Counted from the first letter of the stretch, positions 43,951 to 54,449 are shown. The stretch is DNA of 64,000 nt from an uncultured Verrucomicrobiae bacterium (GCA_963812605.1 CAWEWF010000001.1:320001-384000), one strand, 5' to 3'. Program-made: numbers and translations. The notes: generated by a model from the sequence alone, not told the origin.

Positions 43951-44949
43951 TCAGGGCAGCTTCAGGTATTCCTCGGGCACATCCGTAAAGCCCCACGCCT
44001 TGAGCTGGCGCGCCCAGGTCCCAAGGTTTTCCTTGGAGACGCGCACGAGTTCCATGCGGGTGATCGCCGGGACATCCTTCTTGAGATAGACCTTGTCGAT
44101 GACCTTCTCGACCGACACGTGACCCCACATATAGGTGGGCTGCGCGAGTAGTACCGGCGCGATCCCCTTTTCAACGTAGGGTAATTCGGCCGGCAGCGCA
44201 TCGACTGCAACCACTTTCACTTTGGCGGGATCGAGATCGGTCAGCAGGCTCTTCGTGAACAACGGCCAGCCGCCGATCATCGCCCAGCCCGTGATATCGG
44301 GATAAGCGTTCATCACGCGTACGACTTCGGCCGCGCCGTCCTGGGGTGTTTCGATATGGTAAAAAGTGCCGACGATGGTGATGTCGGGATACTTCGTCGC
44401 TTCTTTCTTCACGCCGTCGGCACGCTTGCGCAGGTTCGGCGCGTTCTGGTTGCCGGCCAGGATGGCGACCTTGCCTTTCCCTCCGAGTTGCTTGGCCAGT
44501 TCCGACATAACTTGTTCGCCGCTCGCTACGTCGTCCACGCCATAAAACGCAAAGCGCTTCGATTGCGGCGCATCGCTATCAAAGGTCATCACGGGCACGC
44601 CGCGCGCCGCCGCGTCGTTGATCGCACCGGTGAGTTTTGCCGCGTCGGAACAGGAAACCACGATGGCGTCATCGCCTTCGTTGACCGCCTCGGCGATCCG
44701 CTGGGCTTGTACCTGCGCATCTTCCGTCGGCGGCGTGCGCCAATCGATCACGATGTCGATATTGTACTTGGCGGACAGTTCCTTCGCCGCGGCTTCCGCG
44801 CCGGTGCGGGCGGAGAGGAACACGGGGTTGGTGGAGCTTTTCGCGATGAGCGCGATTTTGATGGTTTTCTTTGCCTGCGCGAAGCTGCTGGCGACCGCCA
44901 GCCCTGCCACGCAACCGAACACGATAAATGCTTTGCCGAGTCTGTTCAT
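43951..44949 (-). CDS. sugar ABC substrate-binding protein
   Basis: Signal peptide, GVPVMTFDSD; RbsB-like pattern; operon context. Confidence 0.92.
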   Translation of the reverse strand: MNRLGKAFIVFGCVAGLAVASSFAQAKKTIKIALIAKSSTNPVFLSARTGAEAAAKELSAKYNIDIVIDWRTPPTEDAQVQAQRIAEAVNEGDDAIVVSCSDAAKLTGAINDAAARGVPVMTFDSDAPQSKRFAFYGVDDVASGEQVMSELAKQLGGKGKVAILAGNQNAPNLRKRADGVKKEATKYPDITIVGTFYHIETPQDGAAEVVRVMNAYPDITGWAMIGGWPLFTKSLLTDLDPAKVKVVAVDALPAELPYVEKGIAPVLLAQPTYMWGHVSVEKVIDKVYLKKDVPAITRMELVRVSKENLGTWARQLKAWGFTDVPEEYLKLP

Positions 44950-44964
44950 GATTTCCTCCGGTTC

Positions 44965-45993
44965 CTATCCTTTGGTTAGTCGTTTCGCCGTCAACCGCGC
45001 ATTGAGTTGATCGAGCACCACCGCGATCACGATCGCGCTGCCGATGATGATCCATTCGTAGTTTTGGTCGAAATGCAATTGGCGGATCGCCTGCCGAATC
45101 AGCACGATGAGCACCGCCCCCAGCATGGCGTTGATCGCGCTGCCTTTGCCGCCGCTCAGGCTCGCGCCACCGACCACCGCCGCCGCGATCACATATAACT
45201 CGTAGCCCGTCGCGTCCCCGCACGTCGCCGAGCCATAATAACTGATCCCCACAAACGCCGCGATGCCGGCGGTCAATCCCGACAACGCGTACACGCCGAT
45301 CAGGATTCTTCCCAACCGCAACCCCGAGTAACGGCTGGCTTCCGCATTGCCGCCAATCGCGTAGATGTGCCGCCCCATCACCGTTCGCGAGAGATAAATC
45401 GCGCCGAGCGCCGTGACCGCGAGCATCACCAGCATCGGCACGGGATAAAGGGCCGAACTCGAGCCGAGGGTCGTCTTGACCACGCTGGTCAGCGCGTCGG
45501 GCACGAGGATGCTTTCCGCCTTGCTCGTGACAAACGCAATGCCGCGAAACACCCACATCATCCCCAGCGTAATGATGAATGGATGCACCCGCAGCCCGAC
45601 CACCATCACGCCGTTGGCCAGCCCGCACAGCAGGCCGATTCCCAGGCACAGCGTCAATGCCGCCAGCACCGTCACAAAAGGGTTGGAGAATTGCCACGAC
45701 CGCAACGCCAGCGCCATCGTGGTCCCCGCCAGCGCGTACGTCGAGCCCACGGACAGATCGACGCCGCCCGAGATGATCACCATCGTCGCCCCGACCGCCA
45801 TGATCGCGAAAAAACTCGCGTCCGTGGCCGTCTGCGTGAGCGTGTAGAAGTTGAGGAAGTTGTTGACCGACCGGCCCGTCATGCGGTCCACGTGCGAACC
45901 CGCAAAAACGGTGAGCACGGCCCCCAACAGCAGGATCACCAGGATCAAACCGGACTGCTGGGCATTGAAAACGCGGCGAATCGTCGGGTGCAT
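44965..45993 (-). CDS. sugar ABC permease (RbsC-like)
   Basis: GGVDLSVGS, PFIITLG, YAIGGNAEASRYSG, YELYVIAAAVVGGASLSGG. Confidence 0.95.
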   Translation of the reverse strand: MHPTIRRVFNAQQSGLILVILLLGAVLTVFAGSHVDRMTGRSVNNFLNFYTLTQTATDASFFAIMAVGATMVIISGGVDLSVGSTYALAGTTMALALRSWQFSNPFVTVLAALTLCLGIGLLCGLANGVMVVGLRVHPFIITLGMMWVFRGIAFVTSKAESILVPDALTSVVKTTLGSSSALYPVPMLVMLAVTALGAIYLSRTVMGRHIYAIGGNAEASRYSGLRLGRILIGVYALSGLTAGIAAFVGISYYGSATCGDATGYELYVIAAAVVGGASLSGGKGSAINAMLGAVLIVLIRQAIRQLHFDQNYEWIIIGSAIVIAVVLDQLNARLTAKRLTKG

Positions 45994-46218
45994 GAAAATC
46001 CGCCGCCAGATTAGCGGCCAAAGCGCAAATTGCAAGCATTCGGCTAGCTCCTCCGGCTCGCCTGAATGTGGGAGGGACTCACCGTCGCGACTCCCATCCG
46101 CGTCCTCCCGGTCCGTCATGCTGAGTCCCGTCATGCGACGGGATCCCGCAGGATTGCGGGACTTGTCGAGGCATCTCCCACGACACCAACAACCCTTCTA
46201 ACAACCAGAGCACCCCTG

Positions 46219-46779
46219 CGAACCCGACTACTATACACTTTATAGCGTCAGGTAGCTTCGTTTCTCTGGAAACGAAGCCATTCTCACGAAAAATGCACCT
46301 CCTAGACCCCTCAAGATGGGTTCGTTTTCGAAAACGAACCCATTCAGAAAATGCTACTGGAAGCGGTGCAACCTGCCGTAAATAAAAGTGATGCATCGAA
46401 AAATGTGCGTCAAATAAAATCGGGTTCGTTTCGCAGAAACACATGTTTTACGGCTTCGTATCCTCCCGCGATGGTTCCTGCACCCAAATGGGCAGCCTGC
46501 CGTAGTGGCGCGGGCGTCTCGCCCGTGTCCTTCCGCCTTCGAGTTGAACAGGCGTCCCGCCTGTATTTCCTTAACCGCCCATTTGCCACCCGCCGCTTGG
46601 CCTTCGTAGCCTTGTCAAAGCAGTCTCGCCGTGCTGCCTCCGAATTGTAGGGCTTGCCCCGATTTCGAGATCGGGGCGAGCGTCCCGCTTGCCGCTGTTA
46701 ATCTTCCGTTCATAATCTCCGCGCTAATTCTAACGCCCGCCAGCACACCCTGTCCAGTAAAATTATCGATTAACGATAT
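46219..46779 (-). repeat. composite dispersed element, copy 2
   Basis: Shares the 29-mer and 33-mer with copy 1; perfect 28-bp palindrome at 46316-46343; hairpin at 46255-46278; internal REP cluster at 46502-46697. Confidence 0.85.
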
Positions 46780-46866
46780 ACAGGTGCGCATCAAGTTTTG
46801 CGCCTCGTGTTTCGGACGGAACGCTCGATCAGTGTGAGAAGATGAGGAAATAAAGAATCAAAAACC

Positions 46867-46949
46867 TGTCACCCTGAGCGAAGCGAAGTGTCTCTGTCGT
46901 TTGGGAATCCTCGGAACACCAGAGATTCTTCGCTTCGCTCAGAATGACA
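46867..46949. repeat. inverted REP doublet (BIME/REPIN-like)
   Basis: TGTCACCCTGAGCGAAGCGAAG...CTTCGCTTCGCTCAGAATGACA. Confidence 0.85.
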
Positions 46950-47083
46950 CCACCCTTTGAGTTGGCATTTGTAGAGGAATTCTGTTCTCACAACCACCTT
47001 CCTAAAATCTGACTCGTGCACCCGACGCGTCAAATCACCAAATTGACATTGCATCGCGTTTTCAGCAGGGGCACAATTACTGC

Positions 47084-47263
47084 ATGACGCAAAAGCAGTT
47101 GGTTCTGAATGCCATCAATGACTTGCCGGACGACGCCCCTCTTAGCGACATCGTCGAGCGCGTCGAGTTTTTGGCGGCGGTTCAGAAGGGATTGGATCAA
47201 CTCGACCAGGGCCCTGGTATCCCGCACGACGAAGTCAAACGGCAACTGGCTTCATGGCTTTAG
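47084..47263 (+). CDS. orphan type II antitoxin-like protein (59 aa)
   Basis: Hand translation: MTQKQLVLNAINDLPDDAPLSDIVERVEFLAAVQKGLDQLDQGPGIPHDEVKRQLASWL; resembles antitoxins of RelE/ParE modules. Confidence 0.72.
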   Translation: MTQKQLVLNAINDLPDDAPLSDIVERVEFLAAVQKGLDQLDQGPGIPHDEVKRQLASWL

Positions 47264-48591
47264 CGTTCGACCGTGAAGGTGATGTCCTTCTTCTCATCCC
47301 CACCATCGTCCCGGCCATCCTCCCCGATGCTGTACACAACGTACCCTTTCGCCAGCTTCTTGTATCGCAATGGCTGGCCGTCAAATGGGTCGGCCGGAAT
47401 GGCATCGAGGAACTTTGGTATGAGATTACCAAGCGAGTCCGGTAGCAGGCCGTTGGCGAGTCGGTACCGTTCGATCCCCAGGGAAATACAAACCGCGCGC
47501 AGCTGAGCGGTGTATCGAGCATCTCGTTTTGCCGAGCCGCCCAACAGATTGGCACCCATGCGAGTAAGTGGGCAGACTCTGAGATTCCCGGCCTTATGCT
47601 GTAGAGAATCGAACCGCTCGAAACGTTGCGGAAACGCTATGGTTGAACTGTTGATAAGACCATCCAAAAGGTCCAGGTCGGCGAGGTAGTCCAGATCCAC
47701 CAGTCCAGACGGTCTGTAAATGATTCCGACCACGCGGTCGACGACGCCTATCTTTTCATCACTATATCGAGTCAGATCGGTGAGAGGCACTTTCCCCTTG
47801 CGGATTTCATCCCATTCTTCGTTGCCCCACGCTCTCTCGCCGATAAGAGCCTGAGTAAAGCTATTGGTGGTTTCGACATCTCTAAAAGCAGCGCTTAACT
47901 CAGATAGCTGCGGGTCGGTGAAAGTCGCGCGACTCAATGCTTGTTCTAAACTGGAAATCGTGATCCCCAAGCAGGCGCTCTCCACAAGGTAGGAGATCAG
48001 CAAGGAGCGATCTCTCAATGATTCGGCCATGGCAAGCGAGGCCGTGACCGCTTCTGCGGCGCGGTGCGTATTCCCGCTCGCCGCCGCTAACAACGTCTCA
48101 AGATCGAGAAGACGGGCGCACCTTCTCACAGAAGTGAGCTGCTTCATCTGTGAACTGATCATCTTCTCAGGGGTGGATAAATCTGACGGATAACGACAGG
48201 ATTTCATTTTTGCTGCTTCATGAAGGAAATTAAGGCTCTCTCGATTTGCGGCGAGATAGTCTGCAATTCCTTGCTTCATCTCCGTCGGAAGCAGAGTGTT
48301 GCGCGCCGGCAGACGCGTAGATCCGACAATTGGCAGATTTGTGTCCGTCTCAGACTTGACGTAGTGCTGAAAAGCTTCCATGTAGATGCTGGCGGCATTT
48401 TCGTCCAGCGGCACTTGCGGGTACCACTTATCGAATTCGGCGAGCGTGACCGGATAGCCTTGTTTGCGGATTTCATCCAGCTTGGATTCAACCATACGAT
48501 GGAGCGTATAGCGGTAGATGGCGAAGATGGCGGCGAGCCCCAACACAATGAGCAGCACGAGGCGCAGTCGCCGGGCGGACTTCGAAGCCAT
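47260..48591 (-). CDS. membrane-anchored hypothetical protein with C-terminal DPFDGQPLRY...YSIG motif (paralog 2)
   Basis: GYPVTLAEFDKWYP...ENAA and DPFDGQPLRYKKLAKGYVVYSIGEDG. Confidence 0.82.
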   Translation of the reverse strand: MASKSARRLRLVLLIVLGLAAIFAIYRYTLHRMVESKLDEIRKQGYPVTLAEFDKWYPQVPLDENAASIYMEAFQHYVKSETDTNLPIVGSTRLPARNTLLPTEMKQGIADYLAANRESLNFLHEAAKMKSCRYPSDLSTPEKMISSQMKQLTSVRRCARLLDLETLLAAASGNTHRAAEAVTASLAMAESLRDRSLLISYLVESACLGITISSLEQALSRATFTDPQLSELSAAFRDVETTNSFTQALIGERAWGNEEWDEIRKGKVPLTDLTRYSDEKIGVVDRVVGIIYRPSGLVDLDYLADLDLLDGLINSSTIAFPQRFERFDSLQHKAGNLRVCPLTRMGANLLGGSAKRDARYTAQLRAVCISLGIERYRLANGLLPDSLGNLIPKFLDAIPADPFDGQPLRYKKLAKGYVVYSIGEDGRDDGGDEKKDITFTVER

Positions 48592-48656
48592 GCGCTGAGT
48601 GTAACATTTCCACCCGCGTTGACAACTCACGCTGGAGTTCGTAGCCTCGTGGCAAG

Positions 48657-49940
48657 ATGATTCGCCGATACAGCCGCGAGGCGATGCGCGAGATTTGGAC
48701 GGACGAGAACAAGTTCTCCATCTGGCTCCGGATTGAGATTCTGGCGTGCGAGGCCCGCAAGATTCCCGCGAAAGACCTCGCGACCATCAAGCGGCGCGCG
48801 AAATTCAACGTCAAGCGCATCGACGAGATCGAGCGCACGACCAACCACGATCTCATCGCGTTTCTTACCAATGTCGCCGAACACGTCGGTCCGGCTTCGC
48901 GTCATATTCACGAAGGGCTCACATCGTCCGATGTTGTGGATACCGCCCTGGCAGTGCGAATGGTGCAATCAGCGGATATTCTCATCGACGACGTGAGGAA
49001 ACTGCGCTCCGTCGTCGCGAAGAAGGCGAAGAAATACAAATACGTTCCCATGATCGGGCGCACGCACGGCGTACACGCCGAACCGATTACATTCGGGCTC
49101 AAGATGGCGCTGATGTACGACGAGTTCGGTCGCGCGCTCGAACGGCTCGTGCTGGCCCGCGACATCGTTGCCGTCGGAAAAATCTCCGGCGCGGTCGGCA
49201 CGTACGCGCACATGAACCCCAGGGTTGAGCAATACGTCTGCCGGAAGCTCGGCCTGCAAGCCGACAGGATTTCCACGCAGATCGTCCAGCGCGACCGCCA
49301 CGCCGAATTCATGAGCGCGCTGGCGCTTGTCGGTTGCTCCATCGACCGCTGGGCGCTGGAGTTCCGTCACCTGCAGCGCACGGAGGTGCTCGAAGCCGAG
49401 GAATTTTTCGCGGCGGGACAGAAGGGCAGCAGCGCCATGCCGCACAAGCGCAATCCCATCACCTGCGAGCGGCTCTCCGGTCTGGCGCGTGTGTTGCGCG
49501 GCAATGCGCTTGCCGCCATGGAAAACGTTGCCCTCTGGCACGAGCGCGACATTTCCCACAGCAGCGTCGAACGCATCATCCTGCCCGATTCGACCACGTT
49601 GCTCGATTATATGCTCGTCACGCTCGCGGACGTGGTGGACAAGCTGCTCGTCTACCCCGCGCGCATGAAATCAAATCTCGAAGCGAGCAAGGGCTTGATC
49701 TATTCGCAAGGGATCCTGCTCGCCCTCACGCGCAAGGGGCTCGGTCGCGAGAAGGCGTATGCGCTCGTCCAGCGCAACGCGATGAAGACCTGGGCCGGCG
49801 CCGGGACGTTCAAGGAATTCCTGCTGAAAGACGCAGAAGTAATGCGATGGCTCACGAAGCGCGAGATCGAGGCCTTCTTCAATCTCGATGTTTACTTGCG
49901 TCAAGTAGACAACACGTTCCAAAAAGTCGGAATCAAATAA
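48657..49940 (+). CDS. purB: adenylosuccinate lyase
   Basis: GRTHGVHAEP, GSSAMPHKRNP, LWHERDISHSS. Confidence 0.98.
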   Translation: MIRRYSREAMREIWTDENKFSIWLRIEILACEARKIPAKDLATIKRRAKFNVKRIDEIERTTNHDLIAFLTNVAEHVGPASRHIHEGLTSSDVVDTALAVRMVQSADILIDDVRKLRSVVAKKAKKYKYVPMIGRTHGVHAEPITFGLKMALMYDEFGRALERLVLARDIVAVGKISGAVGTYAHMNPRVEQYVCRKLGLQADRISTQIVQRDRHAEFMSALALVGCSIDRWALEFRHLQRTEVLEAEEFFAAGQKGSSAMPHKRNPITCERLSGLARVLRGNALAAMENVALWHERDISHSSVERIILPDSTTLLDYMLVTLADVVDKLLVYPARMKSNLEASKGLIYSQGILLALTRKGLGREKAYALVQRNAMKTWAGAGTFKEFLLKDAEVMRWLTKREIEAFFNLDVYLRQVDNTFQKVGIK

Positions 49941-49992
49941 CCAGAAAATGCGTGTTGGGCCATGAACAAGGTGAGCCGGGAGCGTAAAAAAC

Positions 49993-50021
49993 ATTCGTGT
50001 CCATTCGCGTCCATTCGTGGT
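49993..50021. repeat. 10-nt tandem repeat x3
   Basis: ATTCGTGTCC ATTCGCGTCC ATTCGTGGT between purB and purS. Confidence 0.7.
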
Positions 50022-50038
50022 AAATGATTTTTATTGTT

Positions 50039-50281
50039 ATGAAGGCGAGAATTATCGTCATGCCGAAGAAGACCGTGTTGGATCCGCAAGGGAAAACCGT
50101 CAAGCACGCGCTAGAGTCGATGAATTTCAGCGGTATCAAGGAAGTGCGCATCGGCAAATTCATGGAGATCGAACTGGAGGGTGGTAACAAGGCCGAGTTG
50201 CAGAAGAAGATCGACGAAGCCTGCCACAAACTATTGAGCAATCCGGTCATTGAAGAATACACATTTGAGGTACACGAATAG
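50039..50281 (+). CDS. purS: FGAM synthase subunit PurS
   Basis: VLDPQG, VRIGK, LLSNPVIE. Confidence 0.97.
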   Translation: MKARIIVMPKKTVLDPQGKTVKHALESMNFSGIKEVRIGKFMEIELEGGNKAELQKKIDEACHKLLSNPVIEEYTFEVHE

Positions 50282-50290
50282 CTTCGTGTC

Positions 50291-51010
50291 ATGAACTTTG
50301 GGATTATCCAGTTTCCCGGCAGTAATTGCGATCAGGACGCCTATCACGTGCTTGCAGACGTGCTCGGTCAGCCCACGCGGTACATCTGGCACAAGGACAC
50401 CACACTGGGCGATGTCGATTGCGTCGTCGTGCCCGGCGGGTTCAGCTACGGCGACTACCTGCGCACGGGGGCCATCGCGCGCTTCTCGCCCGCCATGAAG
50501 GCCGTGATCGCCCACGCGGAGTCGGGCCGGCTTGTGCTCGGCATCTGCAACGGCTTTCAGATTCTCTGCGAAGCGCATTTGTTGCCGGGCGCGCTGATTC
50601 GGAATCGCGGACTCAAGTTCCGCTGCGAACACGTTCATGTGCGGATCGAAACGACAAACTCGCCTTTCACCAACGCTGCGCGCAAGGGCCAGGTCTTGCG
50701 CATCCCGATTGCGCACGGAGAAGGCAACTATTTCGCCGATCCGTCCGTGATTGAGGAACTCCAGCGCGAAGACCGCGTTCTCCTCCGCTACTGCACGAAG
50801 GACGGAACGATTGCTGATGCCGCCAACCCGAACGGGTCACTCGATAACATCGCCGGCATCTGCAACGAAGGCCGCAACGTCTTCGGCCTGATGCCGCATC
50901 CCGAACGCGCCAGCGAACTCCTGCTCGGCAGCGAAGACGGAAAACTGATTTTCGAGTCGATTCTCCGGCACGCGAAAGCGGGATGGCAGGAAGCGGTCAG
51001 CGTCAGCTAG
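50291..51010 (+). CDS. purQ: FGAM synthase glutaminase subunit PurQ
   Basis: [30 protein letters not shown]. Confidence 0.98.
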   Translation: MNFGIIQFPGSNCDQDAYHVLADVLGQPTRYIWHKDTTLGDVDCVVVPGGFSYGDYLRTGAIARFSPAMKAVIAHAESGRLVLGICNGFQILCEAHLLPGALIRNRGLKFRCEHVHVRIETTNSPFTNAARKGQVLRIPIAHGEGNYFADPSVIEELQREDRVLLRYCTKDGTIADAANPNGSLDNIAGICNEGRNVFGLMPHPERASELLLGSEDGKLIFESILRHAKAGWQEAVSVS

Positions 51011-51036
51011 GACTGGCTGCCGCTGGCGCCAAAAGC

Positions 51037-52023
51037 TTAGCCCGCCAGGATGCGTTCGATTTCATGCAGCTCGGTGGCGGAGAACTTCAGGTTGGCGAGG
51101 GCGGCGACATTTTCATCGATCTGACTGACGCGGCTCGCGCCGATCAGCGCGCTGGTCACAGCGTCATCGCGCAGCACCCACGCCAGGGCCATCTGCGCCA
51201 TGCTTTGACCGCGACGCTGGGCAAGCGCATTCAATTGCTTCACCTTCGCGACCGCCTCGGGAGTGACGTGCTGCGGCCTGAGGAAACCGTCCGGACTGGC
51301 CGCGCGCGAGTTTGCCGGGATGCCCGCCAGATATTTGTCAGTCAATAAACCTTGCGCGAGCGGACAGAAAGCGATCACGCCCAGGCCCAGTTTCCGTGTG
51401 TGCGGCAGCAGATCGGATTCAATCCAGCGATTGAGCATGGAGTAGGAAGGCTGGTGGATGATCAGCGGCGTGCGCAATTCCTGGGCGACCTTCATTGCCG
51501 CCTCGGTCATCGCCCCATTATAGCTGCTGATGCCGACATAGAGGGCTTTGCCCTGTCGGACCGCGCTGTCGAGCGCGCCAATGGTTTCCTCCAGTGGCGT
51601 ATCGGGATCGGGTCGGTGCGAATAAAAGATGTCCACATACTCCAACCCAAGTCTCTGGAGCGATTGGTCGAGACTGGCCAGAAGATATTTGCGCGATCCC
51701 CATTCGCCATAAGGCCCGGGCCACATTCCGTACCCGGCTTTCGTCGAGATGATGAGTTCGTCCCGATAACCCTGGAAATCCTGCGCCAGCACCTGTCCCG
51801 CGAATGACTCCGCGCTGCCGGCCGGCGGTCCATAATTGTTGGCGAAATCGAAATGCGTGATGCCGAGGTCGAACGCGCGATGCAACATGCGGCGCGCCTC
51901 GGCGTGGTCGGCGTGTCCGCCGAAGTTGTGCCAGCAGCCGAGCGACAGGGCCGGCAGCTTCAACCCGCTGTGGCCGCAGCGGCGGTACGGCATGGTTTGG
52001 TAACGATTTTCAGAAAAGTTCAT
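51037..52023 (-). CDS. mgrA: aldo/keto reductase (L-glyceraldehyde-3-phosphate reductase, MgrA/YghZ-like)
   Basis: [45 protein letters not shown]. Confidence 0.88.
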   Translation of the reverse strand: MNFSENRYQTMPYRRCGHSGLKLPALSLGCWHNFGGHADHAEARRMLHRAFDLGITHFDFANNYGPPAGSAESFAGQVLAQDFQGYRDELIISTKAGYGMWPGPYGEWGSRKYLLASLDQSLQRLGLEYVDIFYSHRPDPDTPLEETIGALDSAVRQGKALYVGISSYNGAMTEAAMKVAQELRTPLIIHQPSYSMLNRWIESDLLPHTRKLGLGVIAFCPLAQGLLTDKYLAGIPANSRAASPDGFLRPQHVTPEAVAKVKQLNALAQRRGQSMAQMALAWVLRDDAVTSALIGASRVSQIDENVAALANLKFSATELHEIERILAG

Positions 52024-52121
52024 GGATTTTGATTTCGTTACTAGTGTGTGACATTGCGCAGATACTGTCGAGCCGGTTGTTGGTTTTCGGCAAGACGTAT
52101 ACTAGACTTCCTGCATTGCGA

Positions 52122-54449
52122 ATGAAAGCTGACATCGAAATCACGCCGGAGATTATCGCCAAGCATGGGGTCACACCAGAAGAGTACGAGCGCATCAAGA
52201 AGATCCTGGGACGCGCGCCGAATATCACGGAACTCGGCATCTTCTCGGTGATGTGGAGCGAGCATTGCAGCTACAAGAATTCGCGGCCCGAACTGAAGAA
52301 ATTCCCGCGTGACGCGCCGTTTATCCTGGTGAAGGCGGGCGAGGAAAATGCCGGGATCGTGGATATCGGCGACGGGTGGGCCATCGCGTTCAAGATCGAG
52401 TCCCACAATCACCCGAGCGCCGTGGAGCCGTTTCAAGGAGCGGCGACGGGAGTGGGCGGGATCATCCGCGACATTTTCACGATGGGCGCGCGGCCAATCC
52501 TCAATATGAACTCGTTGCGGTTCGGTCTTATCGAGGAGAGCAAAGACACAGGCAGGGACGCCTGCGCCACCAACCGCCGGCTGTTCGCGGGCGTCGTGGC
52601 GGGGATCGCGCATTACGGCAACTGCATTGGGATTCCGACGGTGGGCGGCGAAGTGTATTTCGACGAATCATACGATGGCAACCCGCTGGTCAACGCGCTC
52701 TCGCTGGGCGTGTTGCGCCACGACCAGATCAAGCGCGGCAAAGCGGCGGGCGTCGGCAACCCCGTCATCTATGTGGGCAGCGCGACTGGTCGCGATGGGC
52801 TGGCCGGCGCGGCGTTCGCCTCGCGGGAACTCACGGAAGAATCGCAACGCGACCGGCCCGCCGTGCAGGTGGGCGATCCATTCATGGAGAAACTATTGCT
52901 GGAGGCCTGCCTCGAAGTGATGCGCACCAATGGCCTCGTGGTGGGCATCCAGGACATGGGCGCGGCGGGGCTCACGTGTTCGACCTGCGAAACCGCCAGC
53001 CGTGGCGGCACGGGCAATGAGATTGACCTGGACCTGGTGCCGAAACGCGAGACGGGCATGACACCGTACGAGATCCTGCTCAGCGAATCACAGGAACGGA
53101 TGCTGCTCATCGCGCAAAAAGGCCGTGAGAAGGAAGTCGAGGCAATCTTCGAGAAATGGGACCTGCACGGCGTCACCATTGGCCGGGTGACGGACGATGG
53201 CCTGATGCGCGTCAAGGTTGGCAGCGCCGTCGCGGCGGAGATTCCGGCAAAACAACTCGCCGAAGACGCGCCGATTTACCACCGCGAAGCGAAACAACCG
53301 GACTGGGAAATTCGCAACGCGAGTTTTGAAATTCAAGAAGTTACTGAACCAAACGATTGCCAGGACGTTTTGCTCAAGCTGCTTGGCTCTCCGACGATTG
53401 CCTCCAAGAACTGGGTGTACCGGCAGTACGATCACATGGTGCAGGACGGAACGGTGGTGGCCCCCGGCAGCGACGCGGCGGTGGTGCGCATCAAACTTTC
53501 GCGGCCCGATCTCGGCGTACCCGGCGCGACGGGCGAGAAATACCTTGCGTTCACGACCGACTGCAACTCCACCTACTGCTATCTCGACCCCTTTGAGGGC
53601 GGCAAGATCGCCGTGGCGGAAGCTGCGCGCAACCTGGTCTGCAGCGGGGCGCGCCCCCTGGCCATCACCGACAACCTGAACTTCGGCAACCCCATGAAAC
53701 CGGAAGTGTTCTGGCAGTTCCGCCGTTGCGTCGAGGGCCTCTGCGAAGCCTGCCAGGTTTTCGATACGCCGGTCACCGGCGGCAACGTCAGTTTCTACAA
53801 CGAATCGCCCGCGGGCGCGATTGACCCGACGCCGACGATCGGCATGCTTGGGTTGATCGACGACCCGAAGCACATCACCACCCAATGGTTCAAGGGCGAG
53901 GGTGATGTAATTCTGCTATTGGGCGAAATGGGCGACGAACTCGGCGGCAGCGAGTATCTGAAACGGGTCCATGGACTCAAAACCGGCAAGCCGCCGCGGT
54001 TGGATTTGACGTTGGCGAAGCAGATTTCGGACTTCACCCTGGAGAGCATTCGCAAAGGCTGGGTCAGGAGCGCGCACGACTGTAGCGAAGGCGGCCTGGC
54101 GGTGGCCCTTGCGGAATGCTGCATGAGCAACGGCGAGGCGATGATCGGCGCGAGTGTGGACTTATCCAGATTTCCGGGACGACTGGATGCCGTGCTGTTT
54201 GGTGAAACGCAGTCGCGGATCGTGCTCAGTTGCCCGGCAAAGCACGCGGAGGAAATCCTGCGCGCGGGCCTGCCGGCGACCCGCCTCGGGGTCACGGGAG
54301 GCAATTCTCTGAAAATTCGAACGCTTCGCGGCGAGTTATCCTGGGACCTGGCGCGTCTGCGGGATGTTTGGTGGAACGCGATCGGGCGCCTCATGGACGT
54401 TCTGAGCGATGCGAATTATTTCTGCTTCCCCAACAACTTCTGGAGATAG
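52122..54449 (+). CDS. purL: FGAM synthase subunit PurL
   Basis: [46 protein letters not shown]. Confidence 0.98.
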   Translation: MKADIEITPEIIAKHGVTPEEYERIKKILGRAPNITELGIFSVMWSEHCSYKNSRPELKKFPRDAPFILVKAGEENAGIVDIGDGWAIAFKIESHNHPSAVEPFQGAATGVGGIIRDIFTMGARPILNMNSLRFGLIEESKDTGRDACATNRRLFAGVVAGIAHYGNCIGIPTVGGEVYFDESYDGNPLVNALSLGVLRHDQIKRGKAAGVGNPVIYVGSATGRDGLAGAAFASRELTEESQRDRPAVQVGDPFMEKLLLEACLEVMRTNGLVVGIQDMGAAGLTCSTCETASRGGTGNEIDLDLVPKRETGMTPYEILLSESQERMLLIAQKGREKEVEAIFEKWDLHGVTIGRVTDDGLMRVKVGSAVAAEIPAKQLAEDAPIYHREAKQPDWEIRNASFEIQEVTEPNDCQDVLLKLLGSPTIASKNWVYRQYDHMVQDGTVVAPGSDAAVVRIKLSRPDLGVPGATGEKYLAFTTDCNSTYCYLDPFEGGKIAVAEAARNLVCSGARPLAITDNLNFGNPMKPEVFWQFRRCVEGLCEACQVFDTPVTGGNVSFYNESPAGAIDPTPTIGMLGLIDDPKHITTQWFKGEGDVILLLGEMGDELGGSEYLKRVHGLKTGKPPRLDLTLAKQISDFTLESIRKGWVRSAHDCSEGGLAVALAECCMSNGEAMIGASVDLSRFPGRLDAVLFGETQSRIVLSCPAKHAEEILRAGLPATRLGVTGGNSLKIRTLRGELSWDLARLRDVWWNAIGRLMDVLSDANYFCFPNNFWR

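Noticed and set aside
46050-46170. Riboswitch ahead of the sugar ABC permease
   Set aside because: GC-rich hairpins are present (e.g. TCCCGCAggatTGCGGGA), but I recognise no aptamer consensus; an Rfam scan would be needed.
46219-46449. CRISPR array
   Set aside because: The motifs are about 10 nt, alternate in orientation and are irregularly spaced; there are no cas genes.
27119-46449. A 19-kb composite transposon or invertible segment bounded by the inverted 33-mers
   Set aside because: No transposase, recombinase or target duplication is seen, and each 33-mer sits inside a larger multi-module unit, which fits dispersed repeats better. Inversion was not formally excluded.
46867-46949. tRNA or structured ncRNA
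   Set aside because: It is a simple long inverted repeat with a half copy at 13160-13186, consistent with a REP doublet, and has no cloverleaf.
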